The translations under genes and the position numbers were made by a program. Of a stretch of DNA of 64,000 bases, positions 1 to 8,032 are shown piece after piece. Every line of letters starts with the position of its first letter. Position 1 is the stretch's first letter. The notes beneath the pieces are model-generated. The model did no database searches and was not told the origin of the DNA. It worked only from the letters and a program-made list of their open reading frames with translations. The stretch is from an uncultured Gemmataceae bacterium (lineage in GTDB: Bacteria; Planctomycetota; Planctomycetia; Gemmatales; Gemmataceae): the NCBI GenBank assembly GCA_963750165.1, contig CAVVPN010000003.1, positions 1,120,001 through 1,184,000 on the forward strand. The letters are read 5' to 3'.

Positions 1-715
1 GGCGTGCGCTACCCCGGTCGCGTGGTTGGCGGCGGCGGCATCTACCTGGAGTACGACAAGCGCGACGTGCCCGATGTGGCCACCGTCGTCGCGGACTTCA
101 ACGAGGGCTGCCAGCTCATCATCACCGCGACGATGATTAACGACCACCCGATCGAGGAGTGCATCCGCGGCCGGCTGGCGACCATGCGCTTCGTCAACCG
201 CACGCACCAGGTCAACGGCGTCAACAATAACGAACTGAATATCGAGGTGCTGCCGCAGGCGCTGCGCAGCGGGCCGGGGGTGCCACGGCGGTTGGAGAAC
301 GCGACGGGCCGCCTCATTCCGGGCGGCCTGCCGGTGCCGGCCAACGACCGCGGCATCGACACGCGGCGGCTGTGGCAGAACTTCCTGGACTGCTGCCGCA
401 CGCGGACGTTCGAGACCTTCAGCACGCCGGAACTGGGCGCCGCCGCGTTCACGACGGTGAACATGGGCGTGCTCAGCTACCGCGAGGGCAAGGTGAAGGC
501 GTGGGACGCGCAGAATCGGCGGCCGGTGGATGCCGACAGCAGCTGGGCGGCGCTGGGAGCAGCGCAGCCACGACCGGGGACGGCCGGAGCAGATTCAGGG
601 CTGGGCGGGCGGCGACGCCGGCAGCGTTGTGGTGCCGCCGGACTACCAGCGCCTCGGCGGCACCTGGACCAACGGCCAGGACCCGGCCCCGATGGCGGGC
701 GGCGGTGGGAATTAA
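1..715 (+). CDS. Gfo/Idh/MocA-family oxidoreductase, C-terminal part (5' truncated by window; probable frameshift near 548)
   Basis: GGGIYLEYDKRDVPD, LWQNFLDCCRTR and ELGAAAFTTVNMGVLSYREGK match planctomycete Gfo/Idh/MocA C-termini; reading continues in the 530..715 frame (WEQRSH...IQGWAGGD...PPDYQRLGG). Confidence 0.7.
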
Positions 716-771
716 CCGAATATTAACCACCGGGCCGTATAGACACAGAGGAAGACGCACAGTGACACCCT

Positions 772-891
772 GTTGTGGCCCGGTCTCCGGACCGGGCCAC
801 GGCTTCGACCGAAGGTCTCCTCTTCGGGGCGTTGGAACCCAGGAGACCTTCGGTCCAGGCCCGTGGCCTGGTCCGGAGACCAAGCCACAAC
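772..891. repeat. Palindromic element family A (REPIN/MITE-like), nested in an outer 16-bp inverted repeat (741-756 / 912-927)
   Basis: GTTGTGGCCCGGTCTCCGGACCGGGCCAC ... GACCGAAGGTCTCC-spacer-GGAGACCTTCGGTC ... GTGGCCTGGTCCGGAGACCAAGCCACAAC; further copies at 7774-7980 and 25180-25297. Confidence 0.9.
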
Positions 892-969
892 GAGGCGCAC
901 GGAGCGGGTGAGTCTTCCTCTGTGTCTTTGTGTTCGGTGGCTCGATCTACTTCATTGCGGAGGGTAACC

Positions 970-1845
970 ATGAGAGAGCGATCGTGGCTCGCGCTGGTGG
1001 CGCTCGGACTGCTGCTGGTAATCACCGCGGCGGACGCCCAGGAGCAGGCCAAGGCCAAGCGCTTCGTCGTCGTGGTCAAGCATGCGGACGCCAGAGAACT
1101 GGCTGTCACGCTCGGGAAGTATTTCAAGGCCGAGCCGAACGTGCAGATCGTGGCGGACGTGCCGAGCAACACCCTGCTCTTCAGCGCCCCGCCGACCGTC
1201 GAGGAAGAACTGTTCCGCCTGCTACCGGTGCTGGACCGGCCGGCACACGTGGTCCACGTCGAGGTGATCCTGGCCGAGGTGCTGCCGCACAAAAAAGACG
1301 GCTTCAAGGATCTGGATGAGAAGGAATTCACCGGGCAGGCCGGCGCCGTGCTGGGCCGGCTCAAGGCGCTGGCGGCCGGCAACCGCCTGGGCGCCGTGCG
1401 GCGCGTGCAGTTCAACGCGACGGAGAACCAGCCCGTGTCCGTGCGCCTGGGGGAAACCAAGCCGAGCGTCTCGGGGATTAGCAGCGGCTTCGGCAAGGGC
1501 GGCAAGGGTCCCACGGCCCGGAGCATCACATACCGGGAAGCGGGCACGTCGGTGCAGTGTACGCCGCGGGTCACCCCCGGCAAAACCATCACCCTGGACC
1601 TGCGCCTGGAGGAGAAGCGACCGCACACCCCCCAGAACGGCGTGGCGCTGGGGGTGGACGAGAACAACATCCCCATCCTGGCGTCGGAGTTCCTCACCAC
1701 CAGCGTGGACGCCCGGCTGACGCTGCCCTCGGGGCAGGCGGTCCTCGCTCAGCGGGTGAAGACCAGCGGCAAGACTGGCCAGGAAATGCTGTTGGTGATC
1801 GTCACCGCCCGCGTCGTGGAGGCGGAGACCAAAAGCGGTAAATAG
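970..1845 (+). CDS. Short secretin-like (type II/III secretion D-like) exported protein
   Basis: Signal peptide; N-domain motif VKHADARELA...IVADVPSNTLL...LDRP..VHVEVILAEV; C-terminal YREAGTSVQCTPRV...LLVIVTARVV; GAGGG RBS before ATG 970. Confidence 0.7.
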   Translation: MRERSWLALVALGLLLVITAADAQEQAKAKRFVVVVKHADARELAVTLGKYFKAEPNVQIVADVPSNTLLFSAPPTVEEELFRLLPVLDRPAHVVHVEVILAEVLPHKKDGFKDLDEKEFTGQAGAVLGRLKALAAGNRLGAVRRVQFNATENQPVSVRLGETKPSVSGISSGFGKGGKGPTARSITYREAGTSVQCTPRVTPGKTITLDLRLEEKRPHTPQNGVALGVDENNIPILASEFLTTSVDARLTLPSGQAVLAQRVKTSGKTGQEMLLVIVTARVVEAETKSGK

Positions 1846-1885
1846 TTGCGGCCAGGAACGGCAGCCTCCCACCGTGAGTCACCCT

Positions 1886-1920
1886 GGTTACGTTTCGCAC
1901 GGCCCGCGCGAAACGTAACC
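1886..1920. repeat. Hairpin family F (GTTACGTTTCGC...GCGAAACGTAAC), possible bidirectional terminator
   Basis: Lies between convergent genes; near-identical hairpin at 62648-62687. Confidence 0.75.
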
Positions 1921-1948
1921 GGAGCTCGTCGTTAGTCCGAAGTGCTTC

Positions 1949-2548
1949 TCAATACCAGCCGCGGCGGTAGCCGTAGCCGTAGCCGAAGCCAACGCCCACC
2001 GGCGCGACATACACCGGCCGTGGGTACACCGGCTGCACCACCGTCACGCCGCCCGGCGGCACACTGGGATGCGGGTGTGACTGCATTTCAATCACCACCG
2101 GGTCGCTGACGCCCTGCTGTTTCAGGTAATCGATGTCCACCCCCCGCAGGTTATACGTCGTGCCCGAGTTGCGGATGTAGTTGATGATGATGGCGTCGCT
2201 GATGTGATCCTGCGCCATCTTGGCGATTTCCTGCAAACCCACCGGCCCGATCACCACCTGTTGCTGCTGGGCGGCGACCTGCTGCTGCTGGGCCACGGCC
2301 TGCTGCACGGCCGCGTTCTCACGCGCCTCGGCGCGATCCTCGGCGTTGCCGGCAATCGCACCCAGGCCGGCACCGGCGCCCGCGCCGATGGCGGCGCCGG
2401 CCAGCGGCCGGCCGACGGCGAGGCCGGCGAGGGTGCCCAGTGTTCCGCCGATGATGCCGCCGGTGGCGGCGCCCGCTCCGGTGTTGCTCATCGTGCTGCA
2501 ACCGCAGGAGCACAACATCAACACGCCGAGAAGGAATTTGCGTCTCAT
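1949..2548 (-). CDS. Glycine-zipper lipoprotein
   Basis: Lipobox-like MRRKFLLGVLMLCSCGC; GAATGGIIGGTLG...GAAIGAGAGAGLGAIAG glycine zipper; ISDAIIINYIR...YLKQQGVSDPVV domain. Confidence 0.8.
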   Translation of the reverse strand: MRRKFLLGVLMLCSCGCSTMSNTGAGAATGGIIGGTLGTLAGLAVGRPLAGAAIGAGAGAGLGAIAGNAEDRAEARENAAVQQAVAQQQQVAAQQQQVVIGPVGLQEIAKMAQDHISDAIIINYIRNSGTTYNLRGVDIDYLKQQGVSDPVVIEMQSHPHPSVPPGGVTVVQPVYPRPVYVAPVGVGFGYGYGYRRGWY

Positions 2549-3007
2549 GTGAAAACTCCCGACGCCGGCCAGGACGGCAAGGTTGGGCGGACTGCGGGGC
2601 GATGGTCGAGTGAGAGGGCCTGGCACACCCAATGGGCCGCCAGCGGTCGGGCCCTGCGGGGCCACGACCCGGGTCGGCGGAATATGCGACAAAGCCGTCC
2701 GGCGGTCAAGGTGAACTGGGCGATTTTCCAGGACATGTCCGGTCAGCCGCCTGAAAGAATCATCGTCCTGGAGGCGGGGTCTTGTTTAGAAATGGCGATT
2801 GAAGTGACCTGCGGTGCGGTTCGCCGCGTATAACAGAGATGGTGCCAGGGAGGGCTTTCATCTCATTTCATTTCACACACCCCCTGTCAGCCCCAGGGGC
2901 AGCGCAGATTCCCTACTCCAAAGCGCACGGCTGGAGCGGTTCACGCACGGTTTGCGCACAAGTGACGGCGGGCACGGGCTGACCACCAGCGGCCTGCACT
3001 GCCACAG

Positions 3008-3161
3008 CAAGGGGGCCAAGGAGGCCAAGGGGGCCAACGTTTTCATACGTCGAGATTCGGCGCCCTGGCTCCGCACGGCTGGCACGGCGCGACCACCACC
3101 GGCGGCGGTTGTCAAATCAAGGACGCCAAGGACGCCAAGGACGCCAACGTTTTCATACGTC
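3008..3161 (+). repeat. Two 44-bp direct repeats, each (CAAGGRSGC)x3-CAACGTTTTCATACGTC, 110 bp apart
   Basis: Copies at 3008-3051 and 3118-3161 read directly from the sequence. Confidence 0.85.
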
Positions 3162-3275
3162 AAGAAGCGGCGCCTGGCAGCGCCGGCCTGCCGTTCGTGG
3201 TCCACGCCACTGCGAACCGCGCTAAATCACCAAGGTTTGTCTCCTTGCTCTCCAAAACCGAAAACTCACCCAAAC

Positions 3276-3746
3276 CTACGCGCTCGGCGCGCCGCCGGAC
3301 GGTTGACGGCGGGCGAACATCGCAATCGCCTCGGCCTGTTCATCGGTCTCGACCGAGCCGGGCCGCAGCCGCCGCACCCGAGCGATGGCGTTCTTGGCCG
3401 TCATGCCCTTGCTGACGAAGTAGCACGCCAGGATGACGCCTGTGCGGCCCAGTCCCGCCGTGCAGTGGACCGCCACGCCCATGTGATGCCCGTGCGCCCG
3501 CTGGATCGCCGACAGCGCCCGGTCCAGTTGCTCCTGCGTCGGCGCCTCCATGTCCACGACCGGCACGTGAACCACCAGCAGCCCGGCATCGTTGACCCAG
3601 TCGCGGCGCGGCGGGTCCTCCGTCAGCGAGATCAGCAGTTCGATGCCCTGGCGGCGCAGCCACTCCAGCTGCTCCGCCTCGTCGGGCTGCGCCAGCGCTG
3701 CCAGCAGCGGTTTTTCGATCCAGGAAAAGCCGGGGGGAGAAGCCAT
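3276..3746 (-). CDS. Dual-specificity protein phosphatase
   Basis: CX5R loop VHCTAGLGRTG; RRLRPGSVET.EQ. Confidence 0.9.
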   Translation of the reverse strand: MASPPGFSWIEKPLLAALAQPDEAEQLEWLRRQGIELLISLTEDPPRRDWVNDAGLLVVHVPVVDMEAPTQEQLDRALSAIQRAHGHHMGVAVHCTAGLGRTGVILACYFVSKGMTAKNAIARVRRLRPGSVETDEQAEAIAMFARRQPSGGAPSA

Positions 3747-3760
3747 AACGACGGGACATC

Positions 3761-4294
3761 CTAGAGGTCGCGCAGCGGCTTCTGACTGAAGCGGCTGCGC
3801 AGCTGGTTCGCCTGTTCCCACACCTTGGGGGAGGTCCGCAGGAAGTCGATGAGGCTGCCGGTGGAAACCCCCAGGGCCGCCGCCGCCTCGCCGACGCGCG
3901 CCTGCAGTGCCTGCAGCACATCGAGCACGACGCCGGCCGCTGGCCAGTAGCGGACATCCTTCGCCCCCAGGCTCAGCTTACCAGCGCGGTCGCGGGCGTC
4001 GCAATACTCCGGGTGCGCCGCCAGCGCTGCCGGCGTGAGTTGTTCGGGCGTCAATTCGCGGCGCAGTTTCAAATAGAACAACTGCCGCAGCCGCCGCAGG
4101 GCGCGGGCGCGGTTCTCGTGCTGACTGCGGCTCTCCTCGGCGATGACGAGCAGGCCGCTGGGCGGATGCCGCAGTCGCACCGCCGAACTGGTCTTGTTGC
4201 GCTTCTGACCGCCGGGGCCGCTGGCGCGATACGTGTCCACCTCGCACTGCGCCAGCAGCTGGGCGTCGGTTAGGGTCGTCCAGGTTTCGCGCAT
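3761..4294 (-). CDS. Peptide chain release factor-like protein (RF-1 domain, ArfB-like) with C-terminal extension
   Basis: [21 protein letters not shown] and [14 protein letters not shown] motifs. Confidence 0.85.
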   Translation of the reverse strand: MRETWTTLTDAQLLAQCEVDTYRASGPGGQKRNKTSSAVRLRHPPSGLLVIAEESRSQHENRARALRRLRQLFYLKLRRELTPEQLTPAALAAHPEYCDARDRAGKLSLGAKDVRYWPAAGVVLDVLQALQARVGEAAAALGVSTGSLIDFLRTSPKVWEQANQLRSRFSQKPLRDL

Positions 4295-4305
4295 GGGACT
4301 CAAAA

Positions 4306-4438
4306 CTCCCCTCTCCCCCTGAAGGGGGAGAGGGGTCGGGGGTGAGGGGGACTTGGTTCGAAGTACCAGCTTTCCGCCTGAAGGCGGTACTACGAACCAA
4401 AACCGACCCCTCTCCCCCTGAAGGGGGAGAGGGGGAGA
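4306..4438. repeat. Composite REP cluster: two CCCCTCTCCCCCTGAAGGGGGAGAGGGG hairpins flanking a GTAGTACCGCCTTCAGGCGG-type element
   Basis: Hairpins at 4306-4349 and about 4407-4434; GTTCGAAGTACC...GGTACTACGAAC between them. Confidence 0.85.
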
Positions 4439-4443
4439 GCGGA

Positions 4444-5781
4444 CTACTGCGGCAACGCCCACGGATTGCGCCGCGGCCGGCTCAGCCAGGCGGTCGCCTG
4501 CATGTTGTCGATGAACTGCTCGGTCATCGGGTTCCAGCGCAGCCGCATCCCGGTGCGGATGGCGATGTTGCCCAGGTGGCAGACCGTCACCGAACGATGG
4601 CCGACCGTCGCGTTGCAGATCGGCTGCTGCCGGCTGCGCACGCACTGGATGAAGTTGGCCATGTGGTTGTTCGACACCTGCAACCGTGTTGCCCCCTTGG
4701 GGAGCGCCGCGCTCAGGATGGCCGGGGCGTTCGCGGCGATGCGACCGCGGCTGACGAAGATCCAGCGGCCTTCGGTGCCCTCGAAGCGCACGCCGTTCTC
4801 GCCGCGGCTCGTGCAGCGCACCACTGCGCCGGCCGCGCCGTTGGGGCCGTTGTTGTACGTGAACGTCGCCGTGAAGTGCGGGTGACAGTTGTAGCGGTTG
4901 GCGCCCATCGCCGGGGCGTCGCCCGTGCCCTCGATCAGGGCGGGGCCGCTGGCGTCCATGCCCAGCGCCCACTGCGCGATGTCGTTGTGGTGGGCGCCCC
5001 AGTCGGTCATCTTGCCGCCGCTGTATTCGTACCACCAGCGGAAGGTGTAATGGCACTTCTGCGGCACATACGCCACCTCCGGCGTCGGGCCGAGCCAGAC
5101 CGTCCAGTCGAGGCCGTCCGGCACCGGCGCCTGCTGGAACGGGCCACCGGTCGGGTTGTCGCCGATGCGCGTCTCGGCGCGGATCTGGTGCAGCGGCCCG
5201 ATGCGGCCATTGCGGACCAGCTCGCAGGCCAGGCGGAAGCGGGTGTCGGAACGCTGCTGGCTGCCGGTCTGGAAGACGCGGTTGGTCTGCTGCGCCACGC
5301 GGGCCACCGCCTTGCTCTCCTCGATGGTCAGCGTCAGCGGCTTCTCGCAGTACACGTCCTTGCCGGCGCGCATGGCGGCGATGGCGATCTGGGCGTGCCA
5401 GTGGTCGGGGGTGCCGATGATGACGGCGGTGATGTCGCGGCGGGCGAGCAGTTCGCGGAAGTCGTTGTACTGCTGCACGCCGTTGTCACCGAGGCGGCCC
5501 AGGGCCGCGGCGGCCTGCTGGCGGCGACCGCGGTCCACGTCGCAGACGGCGACGAAGCGCACGCCCCGCTGGCCGCGCACGGCGCGCATGTCGCCCTGAC
5601 CCTGCGGTCCGGAGCCGATGAGGCCCATGACGATGTCGTTGTTGGGCTGCTGCTGCTGCGCTTCCAGTTCCAGTTCGTGGGCGAGGGTTTCCCTGGCGTA
5701 CCACATCGGCAGCCCAGCGGCGGCCAGGCCGGCCAGCGAGCGCGCCAAAAAGCCGCGCCGCGAAAGGTTCCCGCGGTTCAT
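4444..5781 (-). CDS. Tat-exported Gfo/Idh/MocA oxidoreductase
   Basis: SRRGFL Tat motif, [33 protein letters not shown]. Confidence 0.92.
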   Translation of the reverse strand: MNRGNLSRRGFLARSLAGLAAAGLPMWYARETLAHELELEAQQQQPNNDIVMGLIGSGPQGQGDMRAVRGQRGVRFVAVCDVDRGRRQQAAAALGRLGDNGVQQYNDFRELLARRDITAVIIGTPDHWHAQIAIAAMRAGKDVYCEKPLTLTIEESKAVARVAQQTNRVFQTGSQQRSDTRFRLACELVRNGRIGPLHQIRAETRIGDNPTGGPFQQAPVPDGLDWTVWLGPTPEVAYVPQKCHYTFRWWYEYSGGKMTDWGAHHNDIAQWALGMDASGPALIEGTGDAPAMGANRYNCHPHFTATFTYNNGPNGAAGAVVRCTSRGENGVRFEGTEGRWIFVSRGRIAANAPAILSAALPKGATRLQVSNNHMANFIQCVRSRQQPICNATVGHRSVTVCHLGNIAIRTGMRLRWNPMTEQFIDNMQATAWLSRPRRNPWALPQ

Positions 5782-5912
5782 GCGTGACTCCTGCTAAAAG
5801 GGGACGTGGAGAGTTTGGAGCATGTAGTTGATGTTAGGCCGGCGGGCTGCGAAGGGCAAAGGAAAAACGCCCGGCGGCGACAATTGCTGTCAACGGGATG
5901 GCAATCTGTGCC

Positions 5913-5976
5913 TGGTCGGAGCCCGAGCGCAGCGCGGGGCACAGCAGGCCCCGCGCTGGCGCTCGGGCTCCGACCA
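5913..5976. repeat. Palindromic element family B (GAGCCCGAGCGCCAGCGCGGGG...CCCCGCGCTGGCGCTCGGGCTC)
   Basis: Further copies at 13389-13432 and 20412-20468. Confidence 0.9.
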
Positions 5977-6238
5977 ACCGCGAATAATCATGGCGATTCC
6001 GCATAAACGGGGCAACGGGTGATGTCCCGGGCAGGGGACGGCGCCGACGGCAATAACGGCAAACTCAGCGTTTGTTGACAAATGGGCGCAGCCCTCAAGC
6101 TGGGCGCTTTCGCGTCCGATGTTAATCCTGTGCAAAATCGGTCTGCCCGGCATTCTGGGCGGTGGCGAAACGGGCCCGACCCCCCGGACTCCGCCCCGGT
6201 GGACCCGGACGCACGTTCGCGGAAAGCGGGAGGGAAAG

Positions 6239-6946
6239 ATGAAGCGGCACGCACTCAGGCAAGGCCTGGTTCTTGGAGCGCTCGGCGTCTCGCTCCTGGC
6301 CGGTTGTAACGTGATCGCGGGCCGGCCGTCGTCGGGCTGCTGCGGCCCCACCCCGGCGGTCCAGGTATGCTCGACCAGCCAGCCGTTCCCGGCCTCTTGC
6401 TACCCCGGCTGTGGCACGGTGGCGCGGACGCCCGTCTCCGCGCCGATGCCGCCACTCGTGAGGTTGGGAGATCCGGTCCATAACGACACTGCCCCGCACG
6501 GCCCGGTGGCGACGCTGGGCTTCCAGGAACTCCCGGACAGCGCCGCGCCCCCTACCGTGCAGCTGACGGTGCCGCTTGACGCGCCGATCCCCCAGCCGCG
6601 CGACGAGCGCGAGCCGACCCGCAATAACTTCGTGGACCTGAGCGCAGTACCGTGCTTCAGCCACGCTCCGGATTACAACTGGATCATCGGCCAGGTGGAA
6701 TATTCGCGCATCGCGAAGGAGTGGCGGCTGCGCTACACCTCGCTGGACAACGTGGACCAGCACGGCGGTCGCGTGATCCTCATCGAGAACCATCACGTCA
6801 CGCTGCTGCGCGACAGTCAGTACGTCCACGTGCGCGGCCACCTGGTCAATTCCCCCAGCGACGACGGCCCGATGCACTACCGCATCGAGTCGTTCCGGGT
6901 TCTGGAGAACACCGAGGTCCCGCCCGCCCCGCCAGATGCGAAGTGA
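6239..6946 (+). CDS. Hypothetical lipoprotein with Pro-rich linker and unnamed C-terminal domain
   Basis: GGAGGG RBS, lipobox LLAGC, C-terminal domain paralogous to the next gene. Confidence 0.75.
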   Translation: MKRHALRQGLVLGALGVSLLAGCNVIAGRPSSGCCGPTPAVQVCSTSQPFPASCYPGCGTVARTPVSAPMPPLVRLGDPVHNDTAPHGPVATLGFQELPDSAAPPTVQLTVPLDAPIPQPRDEREPTRNNFVDLSAVPCFSHAPDYNWIIGQVEYSRIAKEWRLRYTSLDNVDQHGGRVILIENHHVTLLRDSQYVHVRGHLVNSPSDDGPMHYRIESFRVLENTEVPPAPPDAK

Positions 6947-7060
6947 TGGCACCCGCCGCTCTGCCCCGTGGTGGCAGACAGGAATGTCTGCCCAACGGGG
7001 AAGGTCCACAAGCTCCCCACAACGACTCCGCTCATCCGCCCGTTTCAGAGGAGGACAAGG

Positions 7061-7738
7061 ATGCTCTCTGCCTTTTTGTTGACCGCCGCCTGCGTCACGG
7101 GCGCGGCCGAACCGCAGACGCCCGGCTGCAACTGCGGCGCCGCGCCCCAGGTCGTCCAGAATACCGACGCTGGCTCGTTCCGCCAGCGCCTGCGCAACTT
7201 CTTCGGCCTGCGCCAGCCGAACAGCCCCTATCCCGCGGTGGCGTATCCGGCGCCCACCGACCAACCGATGGCGTATCCGGCGCCCACCGACCAACCGGTG
7301 GCGTATCCGGCGCCCGCCCAGCCACCACACTCGTACCCGGCCTTCGGGACCGCGTATCAGACCGCCCCGCCGCCCGAGGTCGCGGCCGACGCCTCCGAGG
7401 CGAGCGAGGCCACGGTGCCGCGGCCGGAGTTCAAGATTCCGGAGAAGCACCAGAACAAGGTCGGGCACGAGGCCGACTATGCCTGGATTACCGGTCATCT
7501 GTTCTACGTCCGCGCCGACGGCGGCCGCTGGGTGCTGCGCTACAGCCAACCCGACGAGGTGGACAAGTACGGCGGCAGCGTCGTGCTGGCGCCGACCGTG
7601 GAGTTGAAGAACTACCGCGAAGGCGACCTGGTGTGCGTCCACGGCCAGGTCATCGAGGAGCGCCGCGTCTCGCGGACGCTCGGCGGCCCACTGTACCGCG
7701 TCAACGTCATCAGCATGGTGGAGCGCGGTGACCCGTGA
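7061..7738 (+). CDS. Hypothetical exported protein, paralog of the upstream C-terminal domain, with a 30-bp tandem repeat (VAYPAPTDQP)
   Basis: GAGGAG RBS; HEADYAWITG...WVLRYSQPDEVDKYGGSVVL; repeat at about 7237-7315. Confidence 0.75.
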   Translation: MLSAFLLTAACVTGAAEPQTPGCNCGAAPQVVQNTDAGSFRQRLRNFFGLRQPNSPYPAVAYPAPTDQPMAYPAPTDQPVAYPAPAQPPHSYPAFGTAYQTAPPPEVAADASEASEATVPRPEFKIPEKHQNKVGHEADYAWITGHLFYVRADGGRWVLRYSQPDEVDKYGGSVVLAPTVELKNYREGDLVCVHGQVIEERRVSRTLGGPLYRVNVISMVERGDP

Positions 7739-7773
7739 CGAAGTGCCGAAAAAAACTAGCCACAGAGGACCAA

Positions 7774-7980
7774 GTTGTGGCACGGTCTCCGGATCGTGCC
7801 ACTGCTGTGACCGAAGAGACAAGTTGTGGCACGGTCTCCGGACCGTGCCACTGCTGTGACCGAAGGTCTCCCTCGCTTCAACCGGGGGAGACCTTCGGTC
7901 CTGAAGAGTGGCCTGGTCAGGAGACCAGGCCACAACAGTTGGGGCGACCAGGCCACAACAGTTGGAGACCAGGCCACAAC
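7774..7980. repeat. Family A element with duplicated left end and triplicated right end
   Basis: Left end repeated with a 49-bp period (7774, 7823); GACCAGGCCACAAC occurs three times at 7923-7980. Confidence 0.9.
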
Positions 7981-8032
7981 GAGTTGTGGTTTTTTTCGTG
8001 TTTTCGTACTTTCGTGATTGGTCTTTCGCTTG

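Noticed and set aside
2814..3275. ORFs spanning the 2549-3275 gap
   Set aside because: No RBS or recognisable motif; the translations mainly reflect the 9-mer repeats
6095..6122. Sigma-28-like promoters (TCAA...TCCGATGT here; TAAA...GCCGATGA at 26987-27015)
   Set aside because: Spacers of 16-17 nt deviate from the usual 15 and the matches are partial
7774..7980. Repeat cluster as a CRISPR array
   Set aside because: No constant repeat with unique equal-length spacers, units are inverted, and no cas genes are present
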